Shown one piece after another: positions 26,050-41,265 of a stretch of DNA of 64,000 nt (positions within the stretch are counted from its first letter, which is position 1; each line of letters begins with the position of its first letter). A program made the position numbers and the translations under genes. The notes below the pieces were generated by a model that was given only the letters and a program-made list of their open reading frames with translations, was not told where the DNA came from and searched no databases. Source of the DNA: the human T2T-CHM13v2.0 reference genome, Homo sapiens; the NCBI RefSeq assembly GCF_009914755.1, contig NC_060933.1. One strand, 5' to 3'.

Positions 26050-29000
26050 TGGAATGGAATGGAATGGAATGGAATGGAATGGAATCGTTCCGAGTGGAAT
26101 AGGAGGGAATGTATTCGAGTGGAATGGAAAGGAATGGAATCAACCAGAGTGGAATGGAAACTAATAGAATGGAATCAACCCGAGTGGAATGGAATGGAAA
26201 GGACTGGAATGGAATGGAACGGAATGGAATCAACTCGATTGTAATGGAATGGAATGGAATGGAATGGAATGGAATGGAATGGAATTAACCCGAATACAAT
26301 GGAATGGAATGGAATGGAACGGAATGGAGTGGAATGGAATGGAATCAACCCGAGTGCAGGGGAATGGAATGGAATGGAATGCAATGGAATGGAATCATCC
26401 GGAATGGAATGGAATGGAATGGAATGCAAAGCAATGGAATCAACTCGATTGCAATGGAATGGAATGGAATGGAAAGGAATACATTGGAATCAACCCGAGT
26501 GGAATGGAATGGAAAGGACTGGAATGGAGTGGAATGGAATGGAATGGAATGGAATGGAATCAACTCGATTGGAATGGAATGGAATGGAATGGAATGGAAT
26601 GGAATTAACCCGAATAGAATGGAATGGAATGGAATGGAAAGGAACGGAACGGAATGGAATGGAATGGAATGGAATGGAATGGAATGGAATGGAATGCAAT
26701 GGAATCAACCCGACTGCAGGGGAATGGAATGGAATGGAATGCAATGGAATGGATTCAACTTGAATGGAATGGAAAGAATGGAATCAACACGAGTGGAATG
26801 GCATGGATTGGAATGGAATGGAATGGAATGAACCCGAGTACAGGGGAATGGAATGGAATGGAATGCAATGGAATGGAATCATCCGGAATGGAATGGAATG
26901 GAATGGAATGGAATGGAATGGAATGGAATGGAATCAACTCGATTGCAATCGAATGGAATGGAATGGAATTAACCCGAATAGAATGGAATGGAATGGAATG
27001 GAACGGAACGGAACAGAATGCAATGGAATGGAATGGAATGGAATGGAATGGAATGGAACGGAAAGGAATGGAATGGAATGGAATGGAATGTAATGGAATG
27101 GAATGGAATCAACGCGAGTGCAGGGGAATGGAATGGAATGGAATGCAATAGAATGGAATCTTCCGGAATGGAATGGAATGGAATGGAATGGAATGGAATG
27201 GAATGGAATGGAATAAACCCGAGTGCAATGGAATGGAGTGGAATGGAATGGAATGGAATGGAACAGCCCGAATGGAATGGAATGTAATGGAGAGTAAGGG
27301 AGTTGAATAGAATCAATCCGAATGTAATGGAATGGAATGGAACGGAATGGAATTGAATGGAATGGAATGGAATGCAATGGAATGGAATCAACCCGAGTGC
27401 AATGGAATGGAGAGGAATGGAATGGAATGGAATGGAAACTACCCGAATGGAATGGAATGTAATGGAGTGTAAGGGAATTGAATAGAATCAATCCGAATGT
27501 AATGGAATGGAATGGAATGGAATGGAATGCAATGGAATGGAATCAACCCGAGTGCAATCGAATGGAATCGAATGGAATGGAATGCAATGGAATGGATTCA
27601 ACTTGAATGGAATGGAAAGAATGGAATCAACACGAGTGGAAGGGCATGGATTGGAATGGAATGGAATGGAATCAACCCGAGTACAGGGGAATGGAATGGA
27701 ATGGAATGCAATGCAATGGAATCATCCGTAATGGAATGGAAAGGAATGGAATGGAATGGAATGGAATGGAATGGAATGGAATCAACTCGATTGCAGTCGA
27801 ATGGAATGGAATGGAATTAACCCGAATAGAATGGAATGGAATGGAATGGAACGGAACGGAACGGAACGCAACGGAATGGAATGGAATGGAATGGAATGGA
27901 ATGGAACGGAAAGGAATGGAATGGAATGGAATGGAATGGAATGGAATGGAATGGAATGGAATGGAATCAACGCGAGTGCAGGGGAATGGAATGGAATGGA
28001 ATGCAATGGAATGGAATCTTCCGGAATGAAATGGAATGGAATGGAATGGAATGGAATGAAATGGAATAAACCCGATTGCAATGGAATGGAGTGGAATGGA
28101 ATGGAATGGAATGGAACAACCCGAATGGAATGGAATGTAATGGAGAGTAAGGGAGTTGAATAGAATCAATCCGAATGTAATGGAATGGAATGGAAAGGAA
28201 TCGAGTTGAATGGAATGGAATGGAATGCAATGGAATGGAATCAACCCGAGTGCAATGGAATGGAGAGGAATGGAATGGAATGGAATGGAAACTACCCGAA
28301 TGGAATGGAATGTAATGGAGTGTAAGGGAATTTAATAGAATCGATCCGAATGTAATGGAATGGAATGGAACGGAACGGAATGGAATGGAATGGAATGGAA
28401 TGGAATGGAATGGAATGGAATGCAATGGAATGGAATCAACCCGAGTGCAATCGAATGGAATCGAATGGAATGGCATGCAATGGAATGGATTCAACTTGAA
28501 TGGAATGGAAAGAATGGAATCAACACGAGTGGAAGGGCATGGATTGGAATGCAATGGAATGGAATCAACCTGAGTACAGGGGAATGGAATGGAATGGAAT
28601 GCAATGGAATGGAATCATCCGTAATGGAATGGAAAGGAATGGAATGGAATGGAATGGAATGGAATGGAATGGAATGGAATGGAATGGAATCGTTCCGAGT
28701 GGAATAGGAGGGAATGTATTCGAGTGGAATGGAAAGGAATGGAATCAACCAGAGTGGAATGGAAGGGAATGGAATGGAATGGAAACTAATAGAATGGAAT
28801 CAACCCGAGTGGAATGGAATGGAAAGGACTGGAATGGAATGGAACGGAATGGAATCAACTCGACTGTAATGGAATGGAATGGAATGGAATGGAATGGAAT
28901 GGAATTAACCCGAATACAATGGAATGGAATGGAATGGAACGGAATGGAGTGGAATGGAATGGAATCAACCCGAGTGCAGGGGAATGGAATGGAATGGAAT

Positions 29001-32000
29001 GCAATGGAATGGAATCATCCGGAATGGAATGGAATGGAATGGAATGCAAAGCAATGGAATCAACTCGATTGCAATGGAATGGAATGGAATGGAAAGGAAT
29101 ACATTGGAATCAACCCGAGTGGAATGGAATGGAAAGGACTGGAATGGAGTGGAATGGAATGGAATGGAATGGAATGGAATCAACTCGATTGGAATGGAAT
29201 GGAATGGAATGGAATGGAATGGAATTAACCCGAATAGAATGGAATGGAATGGAATGGAACGGAACGGAACGGAACGGAATGGAATGGAATGGAATGGAAT
29301 GGAATGGAATGGAATCAACCCGACTGCAGGGGAATGGAATGGAATGGAATGCAATGGAATGGATTCAACTTGAATGGAATGGAAAGAATGGAATCAACAC
29401 GAGTGGAATGGCATGGATTGGAATGGAATGGAATGGAATGAACCCGAGTACAGGGGAATGGAATGAAATGGAATGCAATGGAATGGAATCATCCGGAATG
29501 GAATGGAATGGAATGGAATGGAATGGAATTGAATGGAATGGAATCAACTCGATTGCAATCGAATGGAATGGAATGGAATTAACCGAATAGAATGGAATGG
29601 AATGGAATGGAACGGAACGGAACAGAATGGAATGGAATGGAATGGAATGGAATGGAATGGAACGGAAAGGAATGGAATGGAATGGAATGGAATGGAATGG
29701 AATGGAATGGAATCAACGCGAGTGCAGGGGAATGGAATGGAATGGAATGCAATGGAATGGAATCTTCCGGAATGGAATGGAATGGAATGGAATGGAATGG
29801 AATGGAATGGAATAAACCCGAGTGCAATGGAATGGAGTGGAATGGAATGGAATGGAATGGAACAGCCCGAATGGAATGGAATGTAATGGAGAGTAAGGGA
29901 GTTGAATAGAATCAATCCGAATGTAATGGAATGGAATGGAACGGAATGGAATTGAATGGAATGGAATGGAATGCAATGGAATGGAATCAACCCGAGTGCA
30001 ATGGAATGGAGAGGAATGGAATGGAATGGAATGGAAACTACCCGAATGGAATGGAATGTAATGGAGTGTAAGGGAATTGAATAGAATCAATCCGAATGTA
30101 ATGGAATGGAATGGAATGCAATGGAATGGAATCAACCCGAGTGCAATCGAATGGAATCGAATGGAATGGAATGCAATGGAATGGATTCAACTTAAATGGA
30201 ATGGAATGAATGGAATCAACACGAGTGGAAGGGCATGGATTAGAATGCAATGGAATGGAATCAACCCGAGTACAGGGGAATGGAATGGAATGGAATGCAA
30301 TGGAATGGAATCAACACGATTGCAATCGAATGGAATGGAATGGAATTAACACGAATAGAATGGAATGGAATGGAATGGAACGGAACGGAATGGAATGGAA
30401 TGGAATCAACCCGAGTGCAGGGGAATGGAATGGAATGGAATGCAATGGAATGGAATCATCCGGAATGGAATGGAATGGAATGGAATGGAAAGCAATGGAA
30501 TCAACTCGATTGCAATGGAATGGAATGGAATGGAAAGGAATACATTGGAATCAACCCGAGTGGAATGGAATGGAAAGGACTGGAACGGAGTGCAATGTAA
30601 TGTAATGGAATGGAATGGAATGAACTCGATTGGAATGGAATGGAATGGAATGGAATGGAATGGAATGGAATTAACCCGAATAGAATGGAATGGAATGGAA
30701 TGGAACGGAACGGAACGGAATGGAATGGAATGGAATGGAATGGAATGGAATCAACCCGACTGCAGGGGAATGGAATGGAATGGAATGCAATGGAATGGAT
30801 TCAACTTGAATGGAATGGAAAGAATGGAATCAACACGAGTGGAATGGCATGGATTGGAATGGAATGGAATGGAATCAACCCGAGTACAGGGGAATGGAAT
30901 GGAATGGAATGCAATGGAATGGAATCATCCGTAATGGAATGGAAAGGAATGGAATGGAATGGAATGGAATGGAATGGAATGGAATGGAATCAACTCGATT
31001 GCAGTCGAATGGAATGGAATGGAATTAACCCGAATAGAATGGAATGGAATGCAATGGAACGGAACGGAACGGAACGGAACGGAATGGAATGGAATGGAAT
31101 GGAATGGAATGCAACGGAAAGGAATGGAATGGAATGGAATGGAATGGAATGGAATGGAATGGAATGGAATCAACGCGAGTGCAGGGGAATGGAATGGAAT
31201 GGAATGCAATGGAATGGAATCTTCCGGAATGGAATGGAATCGAATGGAATGGAATGGAATGGAATGGAATAAACCCGAGTGCAATGGAATGGAGTGGAAT
31301 GGAATGGAATGGAATGGAACAACCCGAATGGAATGGAATGTAATGGAGAGTAAGGGAGTTGAATAGAATCAATCCGAATGTAATGGAAAGGAATGGAAAG
31401 GAATCGAGTTGAATGGAATGGAATGGAATGCAATGGAATGGAATCAACCCGAGTGCAATGGAATGGAGAGGAATGGAATGGAATGGAATGGAAACTACCC
31501 GAATGGAATGGAATGTAATGGAGTGTAAGGGAATTGAATAGAATCGATCCGAATGTAATGGAATGGAATGCAACGGAACGGAATGGAATGGAATGGAATG
31601 GAATGGAATGGAATGGAATGCAATGGAATGGAATCAACCCGAGTGCAATCGAATGGAATCGAATGGAATGGCATGCAATGGAATGGATTCAACTTGAATG
31701 GAATGGAAAGAATGGAATCAACACGAGTGGAAGGGCATGGATTGGAATGCAATGGAATGGAATCAACCTGAGTACAGGGGAATGGAATGGAATGGAATGC
31801 AATGGAATGGAATCATCCGTAATGGAATGGAAAGGAATGGAATGGAATGGAATGGAATGGAATGGAATGGAATGGAATCAACTCGATTGCAATGGAATGG
31901 AATGGAATGGAATTAACCCAAATAGAATGGAATGGAATGGAATGGAACGGAATGGAATGGAATGGAATGGAATGGAATGGAATGGAACGGAACGGAACGG

Positions 32001-34700
32001 AATGGAATGGAATGGAATGGAATGGAATGGAATGGAACGGAACGGAACGGAATGGAATGGAATGGAATGGAATGGAATGGAATGGAATGGAATCAACCCG
32101 ACTGCAGGGGAATGGAATGGAATGGAATGCAATGGAATGGATTCAACTTGAATGGAATGGAAAGAATGGAATCAACACGAGTGGAATGGCATGGATTGGA
32201 ATGGAATGGAATGGAATGAACCCGAGTACAGGGGAATGGAATGGAATGGAATGCAATGGAATGGAATCATCCGGAATGGAATGGAATGGAATGGAATGGA
32301 ATGGAATGGAATGGAATGGAATCAACTCGATTGCAATCGAATGGAATGGAATGGAATTAATCCGAATAGAATGGAATGGAATGGAATGGAACGGAACGGA
32401 ACAGAATGGAATGGAATGGAATGGAATGGAATGGAATGGAATGGAACGGAAAGGAATGGAATGGAATCGAATGGAATGGAATGGAATGGAATGGAATGGA
32501 ATCAACGCGAGTGCAGGGGAATGGAATGGAATGGAATGCAATGGAATGGAATCTTCCGGAATGGAATGGAATGGAATGGAATGGAATGGAATGGAATAAA
32601 CCCGAGTGCAATGGAATGGAGTGGAATGGAATGGAATGGAATGGAACAGCCCGAATGGAATGGAATGTAATGGAGAGTAAGGGAGTTGAATAGAATCAAT
32701 CCGAATGTAATGGAATGGAATGGAACGGAATGGAATTGAATGGAATGGAATGGAATGCAATGGAATGGAATCAACCCGAGTGTAATGGAATGGAGAGGAA
32801 TGGAATGGAATGGAATGGAAACTTCCCGAATGGAATGGAATGTAATGGAGTGTAAGGGAATTGAATAGAATCAATCCGAATGTAATGGAATGGAATGGAA
32901 TGGAATGGAATGCAATGGAATGGAATCAACCCGAGTGCAATCGAATGGAATCGAATGGAATGGAATGCAATGGAATGGATTCAACTTGAATGGAATGGAA
33001 AGAATGGAATCAACACGAGTGGAAGGGCATGGATTAGAATGCAATGGAATGGAATCAACCCGAGTACAGGGGAATGGAATGGAATGGAATGCAATGGAAT
33101 GGAATCAACACGATTGCAATCGAATGGAATGGAATGGAATTAACCCGAATAGAATGGAATGGAATGGAATGGAAGGGAACGGAATTGAATGGAATGGAAT
33201 CAACCCGAGTGCAGGGGAATGGAATGGAATGGAATGCAATGGAATGGAATCATCCGGAATGGAATGGAATGGAATGGAATGCAAAGCAATGGAATCAACT
33301 CGATTGCAATGGAATGGAATTGAATGGAAAGGAATACATTGGAATCACCCCGAGTGGAATGGAATGGAAAGGACTGGAATGGAGTGGAATGTAATGGAAT
33401 GGAATGGAATGGAATCAACTCGATTGGAATGGAATGGAATGGAATGGAATGGAATGGAATTAACCCGAATAGAATGGAATGGAATGGAATGGAACGGAAC
33501 GGAACGGAACGGAATGGAATGGAATGGAATGGAATGGAATGGAATGGAATCAACCCGACTGCAGGGGAATGGAATGGAATGGAATGCAATGGAATGGATT
33601 CAACTTGAATGGAATGGAAAGAATGGAATCAACACGAGTGGAATGGCATGGATTGGAATGGAATGGAATGGAATCAACCCGAGTACAGGGGAATGGAATG
33701 GAATGGAATGCAATGGAATGGAATCATCCGTAATGGAATGGAAAGGAATGGAATGGAATGGAATGGAATGGAATGGAATGGAATGGAATCAACTCGATTG
33801 CAGTCGAATGGAATGGAATGGAATTAACCCGAATAGAATGGAATGGAATGGAATGGAACGGAACGGAACGGAACGGAACGGAATGGAATGGAATGGAATG
33901 GAATGGAACGGAAAGGAATGGAATGGAATGGAATGGAATGGAATGGAATGGAATGGAATGGAATGGAATCAACGCGAGTGCAGGGGAATGGAATGGAATG
34001 GAATGCAATGGAATGGAATCTTCCTGAATGGAATGGAATAGAATGGAATGGAATGGAATAAACCCGAGTGCAATGGAATGGAGTGGAATGGAATGGAATG
34101 GAATGGAACAACCCGAATGGAATGGAATGTAATGCAGAGTAAGGGAGTTGAATAGAATCAATCCGAATGTAATGGAATGGAATGGAAAGGAATCGAGTTG
34201 AATGGAATGGAATGGAATGCAATGGAATGGAATCAACCCGAGTGCAATGGAATGGAGAGGAATGCAATGGAATGGAATGGAAACTACCCGAATGGAATGG
34301 AATGTAATGGAGTGTAAGGGAATTGAATAGAATCAATCCGAATGTAATGGAATGGAATGGAACGGAATGGAATGGAATGGAATGGAATGGAATGGAATGG
34401 AATGGAATGCAATGGAATGGAATCAACCCGAGTGCAATCGAATGGAATCGAATGGAATGGAATGCAATGGAATGGATTCAACTTGAATGGAATGGAAAGA
34501 ATGGAATCAACACGAGTGGAAGGGCATGGATTGGAATGCAATGGAATGGAATCAACCTGAGTACAGGGGAATGGAATGGAATGGAATGCAATGGAATGGA
34601 ATCATCCGTAATGGAATGGAAAGGAATGGAATGGAATGGAATGGAATGGAATGGAATGGAATCAACTCGATTGCAATCGAATGGAATGGAATGGAATTAA
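26050..34700 (+). repeat. Degenerate ~3-copy higher-order repeat with variable unit length (~2.6, ~2.8 and ~3.2 kb depending on marker)
   Basis: Private markers: (TG)AACCCGAGTA at 26831/29441/32219; AACAGCCCGA at 27262/29861/32645; TTGCAGTCGA at 27791/30999/33798; TCGAGTTGA at 28201/31404/34193; TCGATCCGAA at 28341/31544; (GGAT)TAGAATGC at 30241/33035; CGTTCC module at 26086/28691. Confidence 0.8.
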
Positions 34701-37700
34701 CCCAAATAGAATGGAATGGAATGGAATGGAACGGAACGGAATGGAATGGAATGGAATGGAATGGAATGGAATGGAATGGAATGGAATGGAACGGAACGGA
34801 ACGGAATGGAATGGAATGGAATGGAATGGAATGGAATGGAATCAACGCGAGTGCAGGGGAATGGAATGGAATGGAATGGAATGGAATGGAATCAACGCGA
34901 GTGCAGGGGAATGGAATGGAATGGAATGCAATGGAATGGAACCTTCCGGAATGGAATGGAATGGAATGGAATGGAATGGAATGGAATGGAATCAACCCGA
35001 GTGCAATGGAATGGAGTGGAATGGAATGGAATGGAATGGAACAACCCGAATGGAATGGAATGTAATGGAGAGTAATGGAGTTGAATAGAATCAATCCGAA
35101 TGTAATGGAATGGAATGGAACGGAATGGAATTGAATGGAATGGAATGGAATGCAATGGAATGGAATCAACCCGAGTTCAATGGAATGGAGAGGAATGGAA
35201 TGGAATGGAATGGAAATTACCCGAATGGAATGTAATGTAATGGAGTGTAAGGGAATTGAATAGAATCAATCCGAATGTAATGGAATGGAATGGAACAGAA
35301 TGGAATGGAATGGAATGGAATGGAATGGAATGGAATGCAATGGAATGGAATCACCCCGAGTGCAATCGAATGGAATCGAATGGAATGGAATGCAATGGAA
35401 TGGATTCAACTTGAATGGAATGGAAAGAATGGAATCAACACGAGTGGAATGGCATGGATTGGAATGGAATGGAATGGAATCAACCCGAGTACAGGGGAAT
35501 GGAATGGAATGGAATGCAATGGAATGGAATCATCCGTAATGGAATGGAAAGGAATGGAATGGAATGGAATGGAATGGAATGGAATGGAATGGAATCAACC
35601 CGAGTGCAGGGGAATGGAATGGAATGCAATGGAATGGAATGGAATGGAATGGAGTGGAATGGAATGGAATCAACCCGAGTGCAGGGGAATGGAATGGAAT
35701 GGAATGCAATGGAATGGAATCATCCGGAATGGAATGGAATGGAATGGAATGCAAAGCAATGGAATCAACTCGATTGCAATGGAATGGAATGGAATGGAAA
35801 GGAATACATTGGAATCAACCCGAGTTGAATGGAATGGAAAGGACTGGAATGGAGTGGAATGGAATGGAATGCAATGGAATGGAATGGAATGGAATCAACT
35901 TGATTGGAATGGAATGGAATGGAATGGAATGGAATGGAATGGAATGGAATGGAATCAACCCGACTGCAGGGGAATGGAATGGAATGGAATGCAATGGAAT
36001 GGATTCAACTTGAATGGAATGGAAAGAATGGAATCAACACGAGTGGAATGGCATGGATTGGAATGGAATGGAATGGAATCAACCCGAGTACAGGGGAATG
36101 GAATGGAATGGAATGCAATGGAATGGAATCATCCGTAATGGAATGGAAAGGAATGGAATGGAATGGAATGGAATGGAATGGAATCAACTCGATTGCAATC
36201 GAATGGAATGGAATGGAATTAACCCGAATAGAATGGAATGGAATGGAATGGAACGGAACGGAATGGAATGGAATGGAATGGAATGGAATGGAACGGAACG
36301 GAATGGAATGGAATGGAATGGAATGGAATGGAATCAACGCGAGTGCATGGGAATGGAATGGAATGGAATGAAATGGAATGGAATCTTCCGGAATGGAATG
36401 GAATTGAATGGAATGGAATGGAATGGTATGGAATAAAGCCGAGTACAATGGAATGGAGTGGAATGGCATGGAATGGAATGGAACAACCCGAATGGAATGG
36501 AATGTAATGGAGAGTAAGGGAGTTGAATAGAATCAATCCGAATGTAATGGAATGGAATGGAAAGGAATCGAGTTGAATGGAATGGAATGGAATGCAATGG
36601 AATGGAATCAACCCGAGTGCAATGGAATGGAGAGGAATGCAATGGAATGGAATGGAAACTACCCGAATGGAATGGAATGTAATGGAGTGTAAGGGAATTG
36701 AATAGAATCAATCCGAATGTAATGGAATGGAATGGAACGGAATGGAATGGAATGGAATGGAATGGAATGGAATGGAATGGAATGCAATGGAATGGAATCA
36801 ACCCGAGTGCAATCGAATGGAATCGAATGGAATGGAATGCAATGGAATGGATTCAACTTGAATGGAATGGAAAGAATGGAATCAACACGAGTGGAAGGGC
36901 ATGGATTGGAATGCAATGGAATGGAATCAACCTGAGTACAGGGGAATGGAATGGAATGGAATGCAATGGAATGGAATCATCGGTAATGGAATGGAAAGGA
37001 ATGGAATGGAATGGAATGGAATGGAATGGAATGGAATGGAATGGAATGGAATCAACTCGATTGCAATCGAATGGAATGGAATGGAATTAACCCAAATAGA
37101 ATGGAATGGAATGGAATGGAACGGAACGGAATGGAATGGAATGGAATGGAATGGAATGGAATGGAATGGAATGGAACGGAACGGAACGGAATGGAATGGA
37201 ATGGAATGGAATGGAATGGAATGGAATCAACGCGAGTGCAGGGGAATGGAATGGAATGGAATGGAATGGAATGGAATCAACGCGAGTGCAGGGGAATGGA
37301 ATGGAATGGAATGCAATGGAATGGAATCTTCCGGAATGGAATGGAATGGAATGGAATGGAATGGAATGGAATGGAATCAACCCGAGTGCAATGGAATGGA
37401 GTGGAATGGAATGGAATGGAATGGAACAACCCGAATGGAATGGAATGTAATGGAGAGTAATGGAGTTGAATAGAATCAATCCGAATGTAATGGAATGGAA
37501 TGGAACGGAATGGAATTGAATGGAATGGAATGGAATGCAATGGAATGGAATCAACCCGAGTTCAATGGAATGGAGAGGAATGGAATGGAATGGAATGGAA
37601 ATTACCCGAATGGAATGTAATGTAATGGAGTGTAAGGGAATTGAATAGAATCAATCCGAATGTAATGGAATGGAATGGAACAGAATGGAATGGAATGGAA

Positions 37701-40700
37701 TGGAATGGAATGGAATGGAATGCAATGGAATGGAATCACCCCGAGTGCAATCGAATGGAATCGAATGGAATGGAATGCAATGGAATGGATTCAACTTGAA
37801 TGGAATGGAAAGAATGGAATCAACACGAGTGGAATGGCATGGATTGGAATGGAATGGAATGGAATCAACCCGAGTACAGGGGAATGGAATGGAATGGAAT
37901 GCAATGGAATGGAATCATCCGTAATGGAATGGAAAGGAATGGAATGGAATGGAATGGAATGGAATGGAATGGAATGGAATCAACCCGAGTGCAGGGGAAT
38001 GGAATGGAATGCAATGGAATGGAATGGAATGGAATGGAGTGGAATGGAATGGAATCAACCCGAGTGCAGGGGAATGGAATGGAATGGAATGCAATGGAAT
38101 GGAATCATCCGGAATGGAATGGAATGGAATGGAATGCAAAGCAATGGAATCAACTCGATTGCAATGGAATGGAATGGAATGGAAAGGAATACATTGGAAT
38201 CAACCCGAGTTGAATGGAATGGAAAGGACTGGAATGGAGTGGAATGGAATGGAATGCAATGGAATGGAATGGAATGGAATCAACTTGATTGGAATGGAAT
38301 GGAATGGAATGGAATGGAATGGAATGGAATGGAATCAACCCGACTGCAGGGGAATGGAATGGAATGGAATGCAATGGAATGGATTCAACTTGAATGGAAT
38401 GGAAAGAATGGAATCAACACGAGTGGAATGGCATGGATTGGAATGGAATGGAATGGAATCAACCCGAGTACAGGGGAATGGAATGGAATGGAATGCAATG
38501 GAATGGAATCATCCGTAATGGAATGGAAAGGAATGGAATGGAATGGAATGGAATGGAATGGAATCAACTCGATTGCAATCGAATGGAATGGAATGGAATT
38601 AACCCGAATAGAATGGAATGGAATGGAATGGAACGGAACGGAATGGAATGGAATGGAATGGAATGGAATGGAACGGAACGGAATGGAATGGAATGGAATG
38701 GAATGGAATGGAATCAACGCGAGTGCAGGGGAATGGAATGGAATGGAATGAAATGGAATGGAATCTTCCGGAATGGAATGGAATTGAATGGAATGGAATG
38801 GAATGGTATGGAATAAAGCCGAGTACAATGGAATGGAGTGGAATGGAATGGAATGGAATGGAACAACCCGAATGGAATGGAATGTAATGGAGAGTAAGGG
38901 AGTTGAATAGAATCAATCCGAATGTAATGGAATGGAATGGAAAGGAATCGAGTTGAATGGAATGGAATGGAATGCAATGGAATGGAATCAACCCGAGTGC
39001 AATGGAATGGAGAGGAATGCAATGGAATGGAATGGAAACTACCCGAATGGAATGGAATGTAATGGAGTGTAAGGGAATTGAATAGAATCAATCCGAATGT
39101 AATGGAATGGAATGGAACGGAATGGAATGGAATGGAATGGAATGGAATGGAATGGAATGGAATGGAATGCAATGGAATGGAATCAACCCGAGTGCAATCG
39201 AATGGAATCGAATGGAATGGAATGCAATGGAATGGATTCAACTTGAATGGAATGGAAAGAATGGAATCAACACGAGTGGAAGGGCATGGATTGGAATGCA
39301 ATGGAATGGAATCAACCTGAGTACAGGGGAATGGAATGGAATGGAATGCAATGGAATGGAATCATCCGTAATGGAATGGAAAGGAATGGAATGGAATGGA
39401 ATGGAATGGAATGGAATGGAATGGAATCAACTCGATTGCAATCGAATGGAATGGAATGGAATTAACCCAAATAGAATGGAATGGAATGGAATGGAACGGA
39501 ACGGAATGGAATGGAATGGAATGGAATGGAATGGAATGGAATGGAACGGAACGGAACGGAATGGAATGGAATGGAATGGAATGGAATGGAATGGAATCAA
39601 CGCGAGTGCAGGGGAATGGAATGGAATGGAATGGAATGGAATGGAATCAACGCGAGTGCAGGGGAATGGAATGGAATGGAATGCAATGGAATGGAATCTT
39701 CCAGAATGGAATGGAATGGAATGGAATGGAATGGAATGGAATGGAATCAACCCGAGTGCAATGGAATGGAGTGGAATGGAATGGAATGGAATGGAACAAC
39801 CCGAATGGAATGGAATGTAATGGAGAGTAATGGAGTTGAATAGAATCAATCCGAATGTAATGGAATGGAATGGAACGGAATGGAATTGAATGGAATGGAA
39901 TGGAATGCAATGGAATGGAATCAACCCGAGTTCAATGGAATGGAGAGGAATGGAATGGAATGGAATGGAAATTACCCGAATGGAATGTAATGTAATGGAG
40001 TGTAAGGGAATTGAATAGAATCAATCCGAATGTAATGGAATGGAATGGAACAGAATGGAATGGAATGGAATGGAATGGAATGGAATGGAATGCAATGGAA
40101 TGGAATCACCCCGAGTGCAATCGAATGGAATCGAATGGAATGGAATGCAATGGAATGGATTCAACTTGAATGGAATGGAAAGAATGGAATCAACACGAGT
40201 GGAATGGCATGGATTGGAATGGAATGGAATGGAATCAACCCGAGTACAGGGGAATGCAATGGAATGGAATGCAATGGAATGGAATCATCCGTAATGGAAT
40301 GGAAAGGAATGGAATGGAATGGAATGGAATGGAATGGAATGGAATGGAATCAACCCGAGTGCAGGGGAATGGAATGGAATGCAATGGAATGGAATGGAAT
40401 GGAATGGAGTGGAATGGAATGGAATCAACCCGAGTGCAGGGGAATGGAATGGAATGGAATGCAATGGAATGGAATCATCCGGAATGGAATGGAATGGAAT
40501 GGAATGCAAAGCAATGGAATCAACTCGATTGCAATGGAATGGAATGGAATGGAAAGGAATACATTGGAATCAACCCGAGTTGAATGGAATGGAAAGGACT
40601 GGAATGGAGTGGAATGGAATGGAATGCAATGGAATGGAATGGAATGGAATCAACTTGATTGGAATGGAATGGAATGGAATGGAATGGAATGGAATGGAAT

Positions 40701-41265
40701 GGAATCAACCCGACTGCAGGGGAATGGAATGGAATGGAATGCAATGGAATGGATTCAACTTGAATGGAATGGAAAGAATGGAATCAACACGAGTGGAATG
40801 GCATGGATTGGAATGGAATGGAATGGAATCAACCCGAGTACAGGGGAATGGAATGGAATGGAATGCAATGGAATGGAATCATCCGTAATGGAATGGAAAG
40901 GAATGGAATGGAATGGAATGGAATGGAATGGAATCAACTCGATTGCAATCGAATGGAATGGAATGGAATTAACCCGAATAGAATGGAATGGAATGGAATG
41001 GAACGGAACGGAATGGAATGGAATGGAATGGAATGGAATGGAACGGAACGGAATGGAATGGAATGGAATGGAATGGAATGGAATGGAATCAACGCGAGTG
41101 CAGGGGAATGGAATGGAATGGAATGAAATGGAATGGAATCTTCCGGAATGGAATGGAATTGAATGGAATGGAATGGAATGGTATGGAATAAAGCCGAGTA
41201 CAATGGAATGGAGTGGAATGGAATGGAATGGAATGGAACAACCCGAATGGAATGGAATGTAATGG
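34075..41265 (+). repeat. Three near-identical tandem copies of a ~2370-2385-bp higher-order unit
   Basis: TCGAGTTG at 34193/36568/38948; matching ORFs at 35285/37670/40040 and 35415/37800/40170. Private variants AGTAATGGAGTTG, AAATTACCCGAATGGAATGTAATGTAA, TCACCCCGAG, CCGAGTTGAAT and GGTATGGAATAAAGCCGAGTAC each occur three times at this spacing. Confidence 0.93.
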
